Assembly (NCBI GenBank): GCA_965214705.1
Contig: CBDCCI010000002.1
Location: 960,001 to 1,024,000, forward strand
DNA: 64,000 bases
Direction of reading: 5' to 3'
Source: Alphaproteobacteria bacterium
GTDB lineage: Bacteria; Pseudomonadota; Alphaproteobacteria; UBA828
Below, one piece after another: positions 62,867 to 64,000 of this stretch. Under the pieces are notes generated by a model. That model made no database searches, was not told the DNA's origin, and was given only the letters and a program-made list of their open reading frames with translations. Each line of letters starts with the position of its first letter. Positions within the stretch are counted from its first letter, which is position 1. Both the position numbers and the translations under genes were made by a program.

Positions 62867-64000
62867 ATGAGCAGGCCTTACGCGCTGGTGATCCGCGGCG
62901 GCACGGTCGTGGACGGCTCAGGCGGCGAGCCTCGTGACGCGGACGTCGGGATTGCCGACGGGCTGGTGGCGGCGGTCGGACCCAATCTCGCCGCCGGCGA
63001 CGAGGAGATCGACGCCCGCGGCAAGATCGTCACGCCCGGCTTCATCGACCCCCACACCCATTACGACGCGCAGGCCACCTGGAGCAGCCAAATCACGCCG
63101 TCCTCCTGGAACGGCGTCACGACGGCGATGATGGGCAACTGCGGTGTCGGCTTCGCGCCGTGCCGGCCCGACCAGCGGGACACGCTGGTGGAGTTCATGG
63201 AAGGTGTCGAGGACATCCCCGGCGCGGTGCTGGACGAGGGGCTGCCCTGGACCTGGCAGAGCTTCGAGCAGTTCATGGATGCGCTCGATGCGAGGCCCTA
63301 CGACCTCGACATCGCGGCGCAGGTGCCGCATTCGCCGGTGCGGGTCTTCGTCATGGGCCAGCGGGGCGTGGAGCGCGAGCCCGCGACGGCTGAGGACAAC
63401 GCGGCGATGGCGGAGCTCGCGGCGGCGGGCATCCGCGCCGGCGCCTTGGGCTTCTCGACCTCGCGCACGCTCAATCACAAGACGCTGGACGGCCGCCCGA
63501 TCCCGACGCTGACCGCGGCCGAGGACGAGCTCACGGCCATCGGTGCCGCCATGGGGAGCGTTGGCGCCGGCTGGCTGCAGGTGATCTCCGATTTCGTCGA
63601 TCTCGACGAGGAGTTCGCCATGCTGCGGCGGGTGGTCGAGCGCTGCCGTCGGCCGCTGGCGATCACGATCCTGCAGGTCGATCGCGCGCCCGACGGCTGG
63701 CGCCGCATTCTCGACCATATCGCCGACGCGAACCGCGACGGCCTGCCGATCATCGGCCAGACGCTCACACGCGCGACCGGCGTCCTGCTCGGCTTCGAGA
63801 TTTCCATTAATCCGTTCTCCGGGCGGCCGAGCTGGGAGGCGATCGCCCATCTGCCGCTCGCGAAGAAGCTGGAGACCCTGCGGCAGCCGGATTTTCGTGC
63901 CCGCCTCTTCGCCGAGGAATGTGCGAACGCGTCCCTCGCCCGTCGCGTCTCCAGCTGGGACCGACTCTACCCGCTCGGCACGCCGCCGAACTACGAGCCG
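62867..64000 (+). CDS. N-acyl-D-amino-acid deacylase family amidohydrolase, 3' partial
   Basis: Not in the ORF track (no stop in window). Reads MSRPYALVIRGGTVVDGSG...PGFIDPHTHYDAQ...GVTTAMMGNCGVGFAP. Confidence 0.88.
   Translation, partial: MSRPYALVIRGGTVVDGSGGEPRDADVGIADGLVAAVGPNLAAGDEEIDARGKIVTPGFIDPHTHYDAQATWSSQITPSSWNGVTTAMMGNCGVGFAPCRPDQRDTLVEFMEGVEDIPGAVLDEGLPWTWQSFEQFMDALDARPYDLDIAAQVPHSPVRVFVMGQRGVEREPATAEDNAAMAELAAAGIRAGALGFSTSRTLNHKTLDGRPIPTLTAAEDELTAIGAAMGSVGAGWLQVISDFVDLDEEFAMLRRVVERCRRPLAITILQVDRAPDGWRRILDHIADANRDGLPIIGQTLTRATGVLLGFEISINPFSGRPSWEAIAHLPLAKKLETLRQPDFRARLFAEECANASLARRVSSWDRLYPLGTPPNYEP

Overview
GC-rich bacterial chromosome segment. Gene content and order (DUF1489, clpS-clpA, gatCAB, rpiB-glyA-nrdR-ribD-ribE-ribB-ribH-nusB-thiL) point to an alphaproteobacterium (inference). 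Housekeeping blocks alternate with catabolic and transport genes. I found no rRNA, tRNA or CRISPR array. The main structure is a 7.5-kb nested IS at 49738-57214: an IS1380-family element (CTAG target duplication) containing three independent insertions. These are an IS4-family element, an IS1634-family element and an IS50/Tn5-like element, each with readable inverted repeats and target-site duplications. Removing all three restores an intact 446-codon IS1380 transposase. The IS50-like element encodes one 763-aa protein in which a DUF4338/DruA (Mom-like) domain is fused to a complete Tn5-type transposase; this is the best candidate for an under-described system. An apparently identical second IS1634 copy (7322-9481) splits a pyridoxine 4-oxidase-like gene. 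Other oddities: a CysN-CysC fusion with a decayed GTPase part, a truncated PhyH-like gene, an unannotated recombinase-type HTH ORF with an ATC start, and an AT-richer TRAP transporter block. All family calls come from motif recognition by eye, not from database searches.
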